64,000 nucleotides of DNA from a virus (Duplodnaviria; Caudoviricetes): positions 21,255-85,254 of IMG/VR virus record IMGVR_UViG_3300037420_001796; one strand, given 5' to 3'. The notes beneath the pieces are model-generated. The model saw nothing but the letters and a program-made list of their open reading frames with translations, did no database searches and was not told where the DNA came from. This document shows positions 43,893 through 52,753 of the stretch, one piece after another. Positions within the stretch are counted from its first letter, which is position 1; each line of letters opens with the position of its first letter. The position numbers were made by a program, and so were the translations under genes.

Positions 43893-45299
43893 TTACCCCA
43901 CTGCCCGCGCAAGGCTGTAGCCGGCCGTCGTGGCAACCCCGTCGGAGTTACCGGTAACGGACCTCTTGATGCATTCGGCGATGCGCCGCGCGAGCGCGAT
44001 CACCGGGCCGGGCACCACGCCCTGGCCGAGAACGACGTGCTTGACCGTGTTGGACAAGCCCGCCACGAGTGACGGATCGACGCCCTTCAAGCGGGCGTGC
44101 TCGTCGCCTGTGAACAGGCGAAGCAGATTCGGTTCCGTCGGGTGCTGCAGCTTCGGCTCGGTGCTGCGGTTCTTCGCGTAGCCCTTGCCGATCGTGCCGA
44201 CGGTCGTTGCGTGCTCGTCGACGATCTGCATGGCGAAGCCCTTGCCCGCGGCCTTGTCGCGCACTTCCTTGGCGCGCAGGCCCTCCATCGGCGACCAGCT
44301 TGACGGGTCGACATCCGGATCTAGGATTTCGCCGACGGTTCGGATGTACGGCTCTTCGGCCCTCAGGCCTTCGAGATCGAGCTGCACGCCGCGCGTAGCG
44401 CCCACCATGAACCAGCGCTGCCGTGCTTCGATCGCGCCGAAGTCCTTGCCGTTGAGCGTGACCTCATCGATCGAGTAGCCCATGTCACGCATGAACTGCC
44501 GGATGATCTGCGCGCTCGCGGTGTTGGCGTAGTCGGGCACGTTCTCCAGCACGAACACAGCTGGCTGCAGACGCACCATCAGCATCAGGAACGGCGCCAC
44601 AAGGTGTCCCACCTCGGGGTGTGCCTCCATCATGGAGATTCCGTTCTTGGACTTGCCCGACTTCGACGCGCCGGAGCAGGGGATGCCCGCGATAACGACA
44701 TCAGTCTTGCGCAAGCGGCCCATCGCCGCCGGGTCTTGAACGAACTCCTGCATGGGCGCGGCGATGAGCTGCGTGCCGTCGGTGATGACGGGGTTCGCTC
44801 CGCAGGCGTGCTCGACCAGGTCGGGATAGATCTCGTTCACGGCGGTCGTGCGCAATTGCACACCGGCTTCCTCGAAGCCATCGTGCACGGCCTTGTCGAT
44901 GATGCCGCCGCCGAACGCGATACCCGCCGCGGTGAGCGAGCCCTCCGCGACGTGCTCCTTCAGACGCTCGAATCGTTCTCGAACTGCAACCTCGGAGGCA
45001 AGCGGGCTGATACGGATCTCGTTCTCTCCGAACTCGACTTTCACAGCCTGCATGCCAGCGATGCCGGACAAGTCATTGGCCGCGTTAATGTCGATTACGG
45101 GAATAGTGTGGCCATTGATGTCCTTGCCGGACACGACCCGCGTGCCGTTGGGGTCGACCTGAAGCGTAATGATGGCGTCTTTCGCTTCAAGATTGAAGCG
45201 TGTTCCGCGCGTCATCCCGCACCGCTCGAGCATCCGGGATTGGAAGTACAGGCGCGGCGCGCCGCGGTGCACGCCCACGTTCTTGACGAGGTAGTCCAT
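43893..45299 (-). CDS. C5-cytosine DNA methyltransferase with an extra N-terminal AbrB-like domain
   Basis: Motif I variant AFGGG, motif IV AGIPC, motif VI LENV and motif VIII ARQRWF. No cognate endonuclease lies nearby. Confidence 0.85.
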   Translation of the reverse strand: MDYLVKNVGVHRGAPRLYFQSRMLERCGMTRGTRFNLEAKDAIITLQVDPNGTRVVSGKDINGHTIPVIDINAANDLSGIAGMQAVKVEFGENEIRISPLASEVAVRERFERLKEHVAEGSLTAAGIAFGGGIIDKAVHDGFEEAGVQLRTTAVNEIYPDLVEHACGANPVITDGTQLIAAPMQEFVQDPAAMGRLRKTDVVIAGIPCSGASKSGKSKNGISMMEAHPEVGHLVAPFLMLMVRLQPAVFVLENVPDYANTASAQIIRQFMRDMGYSIDEVTLNGKDFGAIEARQRWFMVGATRGVQLDLEGLRAEEPYIRTVGEILDPDVDPSSWSPMEGLRAKEVRDKAAGKGFAMQIVDEHATTVGTIGKGYAKNRSTEPKLQHPTEPNLLRLFTGDEHARLKGVDPSLVAGLSNTVKHVVLGQGVVPGPVIALARRIAECIKRSVTGNSDGVATTAGYSLARAVG

Positions 45300-45796
45300 C
45301 AGACCTCCTCGGGATCACCGACGGGTGCGAAGCGCATTTCCTGCACGAAGACCTTGTTGTCTTTCACGATGAGGTCCCAGCGATCTTCGCTTTCCTCGCC
45401 CTGCGCCTCTATGGTGCCGTTGACGGTGTGGTTAGCCTGCAGGAACGGCAGCTGCTTCTTCGCGAGCGCATCGGGCTGGAGGAAGTGCGTGATGATGTAT
45501 TTCATCCAGGCCGCGGCCTCATAGAACTTCTCGCCGTCGTCCCACACTATTTCCGCTCCATCATCGGTCGGCATCCAGTGGCACCACAGGCCGGGCTGCC
45601 CGTCGGGCGGCGCGTTGAAGTTCTCGATGTCCGGATCGCTGCCTTGACCCGCGAATCCTGACCCGTCGACGAAGTAGGGGCCGTTCGCTCGCTGCATGCG
45701 ACGGGTTTCGTTGAACTTCTTGAGGAACGCGATCTCTCCAGTGTTCAGCGGCGGGTCGATCGTGACCGAGCCAGAGAAATAGGTGGTGTACCCCAT
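45299..45796 (-). CDS. Conserved-looking hypothetical phage protein
   Basis: MGYTTYFSG...QPGLWCHW...EKFY; preceded by a class I element. Confidence 0.65.
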   Translation of the reverse strand: MGYTTYFSGSVTIDPPLNTGEIAFLKKFNETRRMQRANGPYFVDGSGFAGQGSDPDIENFNAPPDGQPGLWCHWMPTDDGAEIVWDDGEKFYEAAAWMKYIITHFLQPDALAKKQLPFLQANHTVNGTIEAQGEESEDRWDLIVKDNKVFVQEMRFAPVGDPEEV

Positions 45797-45843
45797 GCTG
45801 ATGGACTCCAAGTTGTGCGCCAAAGCGGCGCGGTGGTTGATGA

Positions 45844-46023
45844 TCAGTGGTTCAGTCGTTCGCAGAGCTCGTCGATCTCGTCAGGATCAAGCCCCTCGTG
45901 ATCGCCGCCATTCGTGAAGACGTCTTCGTCCATTGCTGGAGCATTGCCCTCGATCGCTTGTTGGACCATCCGCAAGCCGGCAAGGATTGCGTCACGTTCA
46001 CGGTCGTCGATGTCGTGATTCAT
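45844..46023 (-). CDS. Small hypothetical protein
   Basis: 59 aa ending DEIDELCERLN. Confidence 0.55.
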   Translation of the reverse strand: MNHDIDDRERDAILAGLRMVQQAIEGNAPAMDEDVFTNGGDHEGLDPDEIDELCERLNH

Positions 46024-46250
46024 GCCGACACCTCGTCGAGGATTCGAACCGGAGCCTGCGTCTCGATCCAGCAATGCGCGCCGCAGTCAAGCGGCTTTTC
46101 ACTGTGCACGAGCGTTGCAGGGCCGTCGATCGCCACTCGATGCGCGTTCTTGCGCCCCTTGTAGTTGCGAACGATGAGCGGAGGGTCGTTCCGACCCTCC
46201 TTTCGGTTCTTTCGGATCACGTGTTGATTCACGTGAAGGATTGTCTTCAT
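46020..46250 (-). CDS. Small hypothetical protein
   Basis: MKTILHVNQHVIRKN...LDCGAHCWIET. Confidence 0.6.
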   Translation of the reverse strand: MKTILHVNQHVIRKNRKEGRNDPPLIVRNYKGRKNAHRVAIDGPATLVHSEKPLDCGAHCWIETQAPVRILDEVSA

Positions 46251-46837
46251 GCGTGTGCTCCTGCTTCGAGTTGTTCATTGACGGTTTCCTCTCGCGAGGC
46301 GAGTGCGTTGACAAGCATCGACTCGAGTTCTTCCCTCGCGTATTCGAGCCCATACATGCCCCAGACCGAGTCGATGACGCGGCCGGCTTCGTCCTCGATC
46401 ACGACGCCGTAGACGTCGCCCCTGAGGTACATGTCAAAGGTCTCCACCTCGGCCTTCAGGGTCTCGAGGGCGCGCTTGCGAAGTGCGACGCTCATGCGGC
46501 TCTTGCCGAATTCCTTGAGCACCTTCTCGCGATCGGCGTAGACGAAACCGGACTGGCCGCTGTCCCACGGATCGTGGAACGGGTTCGATTCCGCAGCGCG
46601 GATCGTCGCGCCGCTGTGCACGTACGAGAACACAGGCATGCCGACCAGCTCGCCGGACCTGATGTCGGCGGCGATTTCGTCCATGCGAGCCTTGCTCACG
46701 TTCTTCGTGCCAAGCTTGTATCGCGCGCTGCTGTACGCGATCTCGCCCAGGTTGTCCCACTCGGAGGGACTCGTCGGGTCGCTGTCGTATTCGATGCGGG
46801 CAGTCAAGCCGCCGCGCTCGGTGCTGTATATGCTCAT
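46247..46837 (-). CDS. Hypothetical protein
   Basis: 196 aa; YVHSGATI...WDSGQSGFVY...YLRGDVYG...DSVWGMYG. Confidence 0.65.
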   Translation of the reverse strand: MSIYSTERGGLTARIEYDSDPTSPSEWDNLGEIAYSSARYKLGTKNVSKARMDEIAADIRSGELVGMPVFSYVHSGATIRAAESNPFHDPWDSGQSGFVYADREKVLKEFGKSRMSVALRKRALETLKAEVETFDMYLRGDVYGVVIEDEAGRVIDSVWGMYGLEYAREELESMLVNALASREETVNEQLEAGAHA

Positions 46838-47334
46838 GGCGCTTTCTCCTCGGGCGCGCGGTCCTCACGCGCCAGATCGATGACGGCAGGGTCGGGCTCC
46901 CACTCGTCGGGCATGGCAGGCGGCACGTTCTCGGCCTCCTTGCGAAGCAAGTTTGTCGCCGCGTCCAGATCACCCTTGTCGATGAGCTCCAGAACACTCT
47001 TGGCAAAGAGCGCTGACTCCTCCTGAACTTCGCTGAGCTCGATGCTCGTGTCGTCGAACCTGACGTATTCCGTCCAAGGAATGCTGCGACTGCCTTCGCT
47101 TTCGGAGTGGTACACGTTGTGCGGCACCTCGAACTCGTTCAGGACGTCGGTGATGTCGGACATGTTCCCGTAGTTGGCCTCGCCGTCGGACACGACGACG
47201 GTGCCCGAAGCGGCGCCGTCGTCTTCGATCGAGCGAGACCAGGTGTCTTTGAACCCGGCGGCGGCCTGCTTCACCTCGTCGATCTGCATCGCAGCGACAG
47301 GGAAGGTGACCGTGGTGTAGTAGCGAAAGCCCAT
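46834..47334 (-). CDS. Hypothetical protein
   Basis: 166 aa, acidic. Confidence 0.55.
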   Translation of the reverse strand: MGFRYYTTVTFPVAAMQIDEVKQAAAGFKDTWSRSIEDDGAASGTVVVSDGEANYGNMSDITDVLNEFEVPHNVYHSESEGSRSIPWTEYVRFDDTSIELSEVQEESALFAKSVLELIDKGDLDAATNLLRKEAENVPPAMPDEWEPDPAVIDLAREDRAPEEKAP

Positions 47335-47335
47335 G

Positions 47336-47605
47336 TCAGGCCTCCTCGGGGCCGATGAAGACGTGCCACACGAACGGCGGCTGCTGCACGGTGGCCACGT
47401 ATCTGACGTTGTCGGGGAAGGGGCTCGTCCAGCCCGTGCCGATGACGTGCACCTGACGCTTCACCTTCGGTGCGTCCGTATCGACGATGGCCCAGATCAT
47501 CAAGGTGCCGCCCTGCGGCTGCGCGGTAAGGATCTGGGCGCCGGAGGGCATCTCGATCTTGGCCCCCAATTCGCCGCTGGTTGGGAATTTCCAGATCGTG
47601 AGCAT
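47336..47605 (-). CDS. Small hypothetical protein
   Basis: MLTIWKF...IWAIVD...IGTG...VWHVF, with an AGGAGG ribosome-binding site. Confidence 0.6.
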   Translation of the reverse strand: MLTIWKFPTSGELGAKIEMPSGAQILTAQPQGGTLMIWAIVDTDAPKVKRQVHVIGTGWTSPFPDNVRYVATVQQPPFVWHVFIGPEEA

Positions 47606-47606
47606 G

Positions 47607-48212
47607 TCAGACCTCCGCCTCTTCCTCGCTGGCTTGCTCCTCGATTTGCTCGGCCAGCTTTTCCGCGTCGATGTCGGACTTGTACAGTTCCGACAGCGCA
47701 AGCGTTCGGAACAGGCGCACGCCGTAGTAGCCGCTGTTGCCGGGCTCGGACAACGCGGCATAGCGGCCGGGTGCCTTCGGGTTCTTGTTGAAGCCCTTGT
47801 AGATCTCGAGCGTCTTGTCGTCGATGTTGATGATGTACGCCCACTCGCAGAACAGCGAATCCTTCAGGAAGCCGGCGCTGTTGTCCAAGAATGGGACCTT
47901 GCCTTGGACGTAGGAGTCGATGTCACCCTGCGCGTTGCGCAGCAAGCAGTACCAGTCGTCCTCGGACTGGTTGCTCACACCCAGGTTCACGGTGCCGGCC
48001 TCGCGGCACTTCTGCTTCTGCTCTTCGGTCGGCGGCTTGCTGCTGTCGATGACTTCGAGTGAATCCGCGGCCGCGAGCAGCTGCTCGAACGGATACGTCT
48101 TGCACGCGACGATCATCGACAGGCCAAGGCCGGTCGGATAGCTGTCGTACTGGTTGTAGGCGAGCTTGTCCTCGCCATCGATGCGAAATCCGAATGCTCC
48201 ACGGGTTCCCAT
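47607..48212 (-). CDS. Hypothetical protein, MGTR family paralog 1
   Basis: MGTRG...YNQYDSYPTGLG...FCEWAYIINID; preceded by a class I element. Confidence 0.7.
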   Translation of the reverse strand: MGTRGAFGFRIDGEDKLAYNQYDSYPTGLGLSMIVACKTYPFEQLLAAADSLEVIDSSKPPTEEQKQKCREAGTVNLGVSNQSEDDWYCLLRNAQGDIDSYVQGKVPFLDNSAGFLKDSLFCEWAYIINIDDKTLEIYKGFNKNPKAPGRYAALSEPGNSGYYGVRLFRTLALSELYKSDIDAEKLAEQIEEQASEEEAEV

Positions 48213-48259
48213 GTTGAACTCCAAAGTTGTGCGCCAAATCGGCGCGGGTTGAAAACGTC

Positions 48260-48445
48260 TCAGTCCTGGTGAACTTCGACTCTTGCTTCGCGGCACTCGA
48301 TGTCTACGACTTCGTTGCCGCATGGTTCGCACAGGTTCTTGTGCTCCTCGTGATGCTCGTGCTCCGGGTAGTAGAACCCGCAGCCGGGACACTCAACGAG
48401 AAAGCCCATGAACCAGACCTTGCGCTGTTCGATGCGCTGGATCAC
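48260..48445 (-). CDS. Small Zn-ribbon protein
   Basis: CPGC...CEPC. Confidence 0.55.
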   Translation of the reverse strand: MIQRIEQRKVWFMGFLVECPGCGFYYPEHEHHEEHKNLCEPCGNEVVDIECREARVEVHQD

Positions 48446-48639
48446 GCTGCTCTCCTCGCGGCGCGCCGATCACGCTTGGCTTGCGCAGCGCGCATGCGCT
48501 CGAGGTCTTCAGGCGTCGTGTTCTTCTTCTCGAGCTCACGAAGGAGCTGACGAGAAGCCTTGCTCATCGCATTCCTCGTGCCGCCGAGGGTGAGCGCCGC
48601 GCCGTAAATCTGCGCGACGATGGACGGGGTCTTTTTCAT
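48442..48639 (-). CDS. Small basic protein
   Basis: MKKTPS..., with an Arg/Ala-rich end. Confidence 0.45.
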   Translation of the reverse strand: MKKTPSIVAQIYGAALTLGGTRNAMSKASRQLLRELEKKNTTPEDLERMRAAQAKRDRRAARRAA

Positions 48640-48706
48640 TTCGAGTTCCTTGTAGTTATTGCCCTCGCCCGCGCGTTGCACGCGGCTGCTCAAGCTGCCG
48701 TGTTGA

Positions 48707-49057
48707 TCAGGCCTTGGCCGGCTCCGCTTTGAAGAACTCCGCGGCGATGCTCTTCTTCGTGACCTTGATCACCATCTTGTCGATGGTGGGATCACGTTGC
48801 ACGCGCCGCAGCCAGTCGACTGGAAGCATTTCGCCGAAGTCGTCGCCTCCAAACTTCTCCGAAGAGTTTTCCCAGAAGTCCTTGTCCTTTCTGGGATCGC
48901 AGCCGGCGAAGTAGAAGATGCAGTTGCCTTTGTCTCCGGCCGAAGCCCCGACGTATGCGCCGTGGTCCTTGGCCATGAAGAAGTCGTTCAGGTTGTGCTT
49001 CTCGGTGAAACTCAGAAGCTCCAACACTTCTTTTCGGGAGAGGGTGATTTGCGGCAT
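48707..49057 (-). CDS. DUF3085-like protein
   Basis: KDHGAY...GCDP..D.DFW.....FGGDDFGE resembles the DUF3085 family as recalled; not verified by search. Confidence 0.6.
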   Translation of the reverse strand: MPQITLSRKEVLELLSFTEKHNLNDFFMAKDHGAYVGASAGDKGNCIFYFAGCDPRKDKDFWENSSEKFGGDDFGEMLPVDWLRRVQRDPTIDKMVIKVTKKSIAAEFFKAEPAKA

Positions 49058-49058
49058 G

Positions 49059-49436
49059 TCAGACTCCTTTCCTGCTGCTGCCGAAGATCGGGTTCTTGCT
49101 GCGCTCTACGTACTGCTTCACGTCCTCCAGTCGGAGGCCGCGACGCACGATGTCGGGGATGTTCCATGCGTCGCCGATCGGGAGATGGATCAGCTCGAGC
49201 GGCTTCTCCTTGAGCACCACGTATTGCGCGTAGCCGTCGGCCACGCCGTAGCGCCAGATTTCGCCCGCGAGCTCGCCCTTGCCGTGCAGCTTTGCCCAGG
49301 CCTGCACCTTCTTGACGAAGGCATCCTCGGCTTCGTCGTAGCCGGACTCTTGGTAGTTGACCCCCGGCTTCAGGAAGTCGATCAGGTTGGGCGGCTCGCC
49401 GACCTCGTCGGGCGCGCCCCAAATTTTGGCTGCCAT
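49059..49436 (-). CDS. Hypothetical protein
   Basis: 125 aa; YGVADGYAQYVV...IGDAW. Confidence 0.6.
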   Translation of the reverse strand: MAAKIWGAPDEVGEPPNLIDFLKPGVNYQESGYDEAEDAFVKKVQAWAKLHGKGELAGEIWRYGVADGYAQYVVLKEKPLELIHLPIGDAWNIPDIVRRGLRLEDVKQYVERSKNPIFGSSRKGV

Positions 49437-49650
49437 GTCAGTTCTCCTTCAAGCGTTTGGGACGATCTCAAGATCGCCAACGGTTTCGTAACTCTCGATC
49501 CGAATCCCGGGAAGTCGTGGTTCGATCTTCAGCTCTCCAAAGTGACCCACGGCTAGTTCGTCATGGGTCAATCCGTCGAAGCCGAGGATTCGCTCGTAGA
49601 CGTTGTCGGGGACGTCGAGTTCTATTTCGACAGTGGCGGAGAGCTTCACT

Positions 49651-50013
49651 TCAGGTCTCCTGCCTCTCGCGATCTCGCAAGTGGAAGAACACCTCGGTGC
49701 GACCTGGCGACTCGGCATCGCCCATGTTTTCGATGAACCACCAGAGCGCGTCGCTTATAGGAAGCGTGTCGGTGTATTCGATCGCGACCTTGGCAGCGAC
49801 CTTCGCACGCAAGTCCTCCAACTCCTTGATCGCGTTGTGGAGCATGTGGTCGTACTCGCCAGCGTTCTCGGCCTCGTTCGCCTCGTACATGCAAAACGCA
49901 AAGAGGGTGTCGCCGCAGGACTTCAATTCCGAGGGCTTCTCGACGTGGTTCATGTCACCGTCGGCATACGACTGGCGCACGAGCTCCTGCAGCGGTGTGA
50001 ACTGCTGCTTCAT
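49651..50013 (-). CDS. Hypothetical protein
   Basis: 120 aa in an overlapping gene chain. Confidence 0.55.
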   Translation of the reverse strand: MKQQFTPLQELVRQSYADGDMNHVEKPSELKSCGDTLFAFCMYEANEAENAGEYDHMLHNAIKELEDLRAKVAAKVAIEYTDTLPISDALWWFIENMGDAESPGRTEVFFHLRDRERQET

Positions 50014-50014
50014 G

Positions 50015-50533
50015 TCAGGCCTCCGAATCCGGCTGCTCGTCGAGCAGCTTGATCAGCTCGTTCAGACCCGCCTGGCGCCGCTCGATTTCCGCGCTCAGGC
50101 GCTTGGGCCGGTGCTGGATCGTGGACAGGCGCTCGATGATTTCTTCCTGTCTCGAGATCAGCGCGAAGATTTCGTTGTTGGTCATCTCCTTGATGGAGCG
50201 ACCGTTGACGAGCGTCTGGTTCTCGATGACGATGGGTTCGTTGCTGGTTGCGTTCACGGTGTCTTCCTTTTCGGTGGGGATGGTTGTGAAGGTGGCGACT
50301 CGGTAATACCTGTCGTCGGGGCCACGAAAGATCAGTCTCAAAAGCGAGAGCTTCGGGATGACTCCTGCTGCGGGGCGCTCGAGAGCTACGCACATCTCCT
50401 CGAGAGTCTTGCCCTCTCGGAAGAGATCGCGAAGACGACGGAGCTCCCCGCGCTCCCACGTATGCCCGTGCTTTGCACGGTGCTCACGGTCTCGCGCGGC
50501 AAAGGAGGTGTCAAACGGTTCAGCGCCTCTCAT
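50015..50533 (-). CDS. Putative HTH protein
   Basis: WERGELRRLRDLFREGKTLEEMCVALERPAAGVIPKL resembles a Myb/GcrA-like HTH, followed by a C-terminal coiled coil. Confidence 0.5.
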   Translation of the reverse strand: MRGAEPFDTSFAARDREHRAKHGHTWERGELRRLRDLFREGKTLEEMCVALERPAAGVIPKLSLLRLIFRGPDDRYYRVATFTTIPTEKEDTVNATSNEPIVIENQTLVNGRSIKEMTNNEIFALISRQEEIIERLSTIQHRPKRLSAEIERRQAGLNELIKLLDEQPDSEA

Positions 50534-50534
50534 G

Positions 50535-50909
50535 TCAGTTCTCCGTCATGAGGATCAGCGCGAAGCGATCGCCCTCGTCGGCGAGGTACAAGTCGTATTC
50601 GCCGTCGGGTGTGTCGGTCCAGTCAATGTGCCGTGTCCAGATCGGCGGCTTGTCGTCATCGATCGTGAGATCGATATCGGCCCGGCCGTCCTTGGCCACG
50701 ATGTGCACGATGCCCGGCGTGTCGCCGCTCTTGCGCAGCGCGTCTGCGGCTTCGGTCGCAAGGATGTCGATCAACCACATCCAGCCGGCCTTGCCGAGCT
50801 CTTCGACGCCGTCGCTGTATTGGAAGTTGCGCCGGTACCAGTGGCGCACGAAGTAGTTCGCGCCGTTGCGGCTTTCCGCAAGGGCGTTCTTGAAGGCGAC
50901 TTCATCCAT
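50535..50909 (-). CDS. Hypothetical protein (DUF6876-like)
   Basis: YSDGV...WLID...IDWTD...LILMTEN; family recalled, not verified. Confidence 0.55.
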   Translation of the reverse strand: MDEVAFKNALAESRNGANYFVRHWYRRNFQYSDGVEELGKAGWMWLIDILATEAADALRKSGDTPGIVHIVAKDGRADIDLTIDDDKPPIWTRHIDWTDTPDGEYDLYLADEGDRFALILMTEN

Positions 50910-51486
50910 GTTGTTCTTCCTCCTGGCGCTCGAGGGCCTTGAGAAACTGCTCCTCGGTGGGTAGCGCGTCGAGGGCCCATCGACCAACGAAGCGCAGCTT
51001 TGAAAAGCGACCGTCACCCACGAACCCGGGGATGTCGCTCCAGTCCGTGTAGGCCTCGAGCACCCTCGAGTCGAGATCGACCACGTAGGCCCACTCGCAT
51101 CCGAAGAATCCGGGATCGTCGGCGAACGCGAGCTGGTTGAACAACTCGATGCCGGGTTCGCGGTCGTACACCAGCTGCAGAATTTCGCCGCCGGTATCAC
51201 GGTGAAGCTCCGGGAACTGCTCCTTGAACTTGTCGGAGATGTCGAACGACACCCACTGTCCTTCGGCGCCCACCGACTTCCATCGGTTGTCGACCTCGTC
51301 CTCGTCGATGAACTTGGCAGCGCGGACGTTCTCCACGAACCGTGCCGTCTTGGGCAACGTGTCGAGAGATCGCAGGAAGTTGAGGATCGTCCTGCCCTGA
51401 CCTTTGGGGTAGCCGTCCCACTGGCCGTATTGCGCAACCTTCGTCTGGCCGTCGACGAAAACGGCCGTCAGGTTTCTGGTTCCCAT
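50902..51486 (-). CDS. Hypothetical protein, MGTR family paralog 2
   Basis: MGTRN...YGQWDGYPKGQG...GCEWAYVVDLD; preceded by a class I element. Confidence 0.7.
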   Translation of the reverse strand: MGTRNLTAVFVDGQTKVAQYGQWDGYPKGQGRTILNFLRSLDTLPKTARFVENVRAAKFIDEDEVDNRWKSVGAEGQWVSFDISDKFKEQFPELHRDTGGEILQLVYDREPGIELFNQLAFADDPGFFGCEWAYVVDLDSRVLEAYTDWSDIPGFVGDGRFSKLRFVGRWALDALPTEEQFLKALERQEEEQHG

Positions 51487-51523
51487 GTTGGACTCCAAGT
51501 TGTGCGGCAAAGCGCCGCGGGTT

Positions 51524-52240
51524 TCAGATGTGGCAGTCGACGACCGTCACGAGCGTGCCTTCAGGAAGCGACCGCACGACTTCCCAGAACTTCTTGTTGT
51601 AGTCGCGATCGGTGGCCGGCGTTTTGGTGCTGACGCCAAACCAACCCATCTCACCCGGCTCGATCCACTCGCCCTTGTACAAAAGGGCGTACGTCGCGGC
51701 GCCGCGCTCGCCCTTGTACTGGGCGTATGCATCCGCGGAATCGAACGCAAGCACGTCCGTCATCAGATCTTCGGCGTTGAAGAAGAACGCGTCCTTGGCA
51801 CCGGCCGCTTCGCGAATCTGCTCCAGCAGCGGCTGCGAGTGATACTGATCACGCGCCGCATCCCAGGTCAGTTCTTCCTTCTGCACGCGATCGACGAACG
51901 AGCTCCACGGCGTGATGGATTTGCCCTCGACCAGCGGACGCACTTTCAGGTATACGTCTCGATGCTGATCCTTCTTCTCGTCGATCATCGCGTCCCAATC
52001 GATGTCCTCGACCAACGCGGAGTCGGCGTGCGTCTGGCTGTCCGGCGGAGGGCCGTCGTCGAGAAGGCTCATCTCTCCGAGCTCTCCGCTCATCGCGCCT
52101 TCCTTGAGTTTGAGCTTGCCCGTCCAGCGGCCGCCGATTTGGTACCAGTCCCATTTCGGGTTGTCGCCCAGCTGCTCCTCGAAAGGTGCAAGGGCTTTGT
52201 CGACGTCGTTGCTGACGACGAGTACGGTGAAGTGACTCAT
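51524..52240 (-). CDS. Hypothetical protein
   Basis: MSHFTVLV...NPKWDWYQIGGRW...W.EPGEMGWFG...VVDCHI; preceded by a class I element. Confidence 0.68.
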   Translation of the reverse strand: MSHFTVLVVSNDVDKALAPFEEQLGDNPKWDWYQIGGRWTGKLKLKEGAMSGELGEMSLLDDGPPPDSQTHADSALVEDIDWDAMIDEKKDQHRDVYLKVRPLVEGKSITPWSSFVDRVQKEELTWDAARDQYHSQPLLEQIREAAGAKDAFFFNAEDLMTDVLAFDSADAYAQYKGERGAATYALLYKGEWIEPGEMGWFGVSTKTPATDRDYNKKFWEVVRSLPEGTLVTVVDCHI

Positions 52241-52283
52241 TTGATGGACTCCAAAGAAGCGGCAACGCGCCGCGGGTTGATGA

Positions 52284-52745
52284 TCAGCGCCAGACCAGCG
52301 AGTCAATGCTGAAGTGGCCGGGACCAGCGAAAATGCTCACCGCAAGCAAGGCGAGATAGAGCACTTCCGGCAGATACAGGTAGTCGTCGATGCGATCGCC
52401 GATGTCGATAGGCTTGTAGCTGTCGACCTTCTCTCGCGCCTCGCACGCACACGCGACGAGACAGACGATGGCCAGCACCGCAGCAGCGAACGCGGTGAAC
52501 AGGCCCACGATCAGAAGCAGGCCGCCGGTGAACTCCCAGGACGGAACCCACCATTGGTTGAACTTCGGGAAGGGCACGTGATCGCGCATCAGCGTTTGCA
52601 CGAGGCCCGAATGCCGATCCTTGTTGAACAGCTTGTGGTAGCCACTCAGGAAGAAAAAGGCGCCGACGGTAACGCGAGCCACCGCCAGCGCGAAGTCAAA
52701 CGTCCCGAAACCGAACGCTGACGTATGGAGAATCTGATCGACCAT
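52284..52745 (-). CDS. DoxX-family membrane protein
   Basis: LAVARVTVGAFFFLSGYHKL...EFTGGLLLIVGLFT..AA...GPGHFSID. Confidence 0.85.
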   Translation of the reverse strand: MVDQILHTSAFGFGTFDFALAVARVTVGAFFFLSGYHKLFNKDRHSGLVQTLMRDHVPFPKFNQWWVPSWEFTGGLLLIVGLFTAFAAAVLAIVCLVACACEAREKVDSYKPIDIGDRIDDYLYLPEVLYLALLAVSIFAGPGHFSIDSLVWR

Positions 52746-52753
52746 GGCGCACC

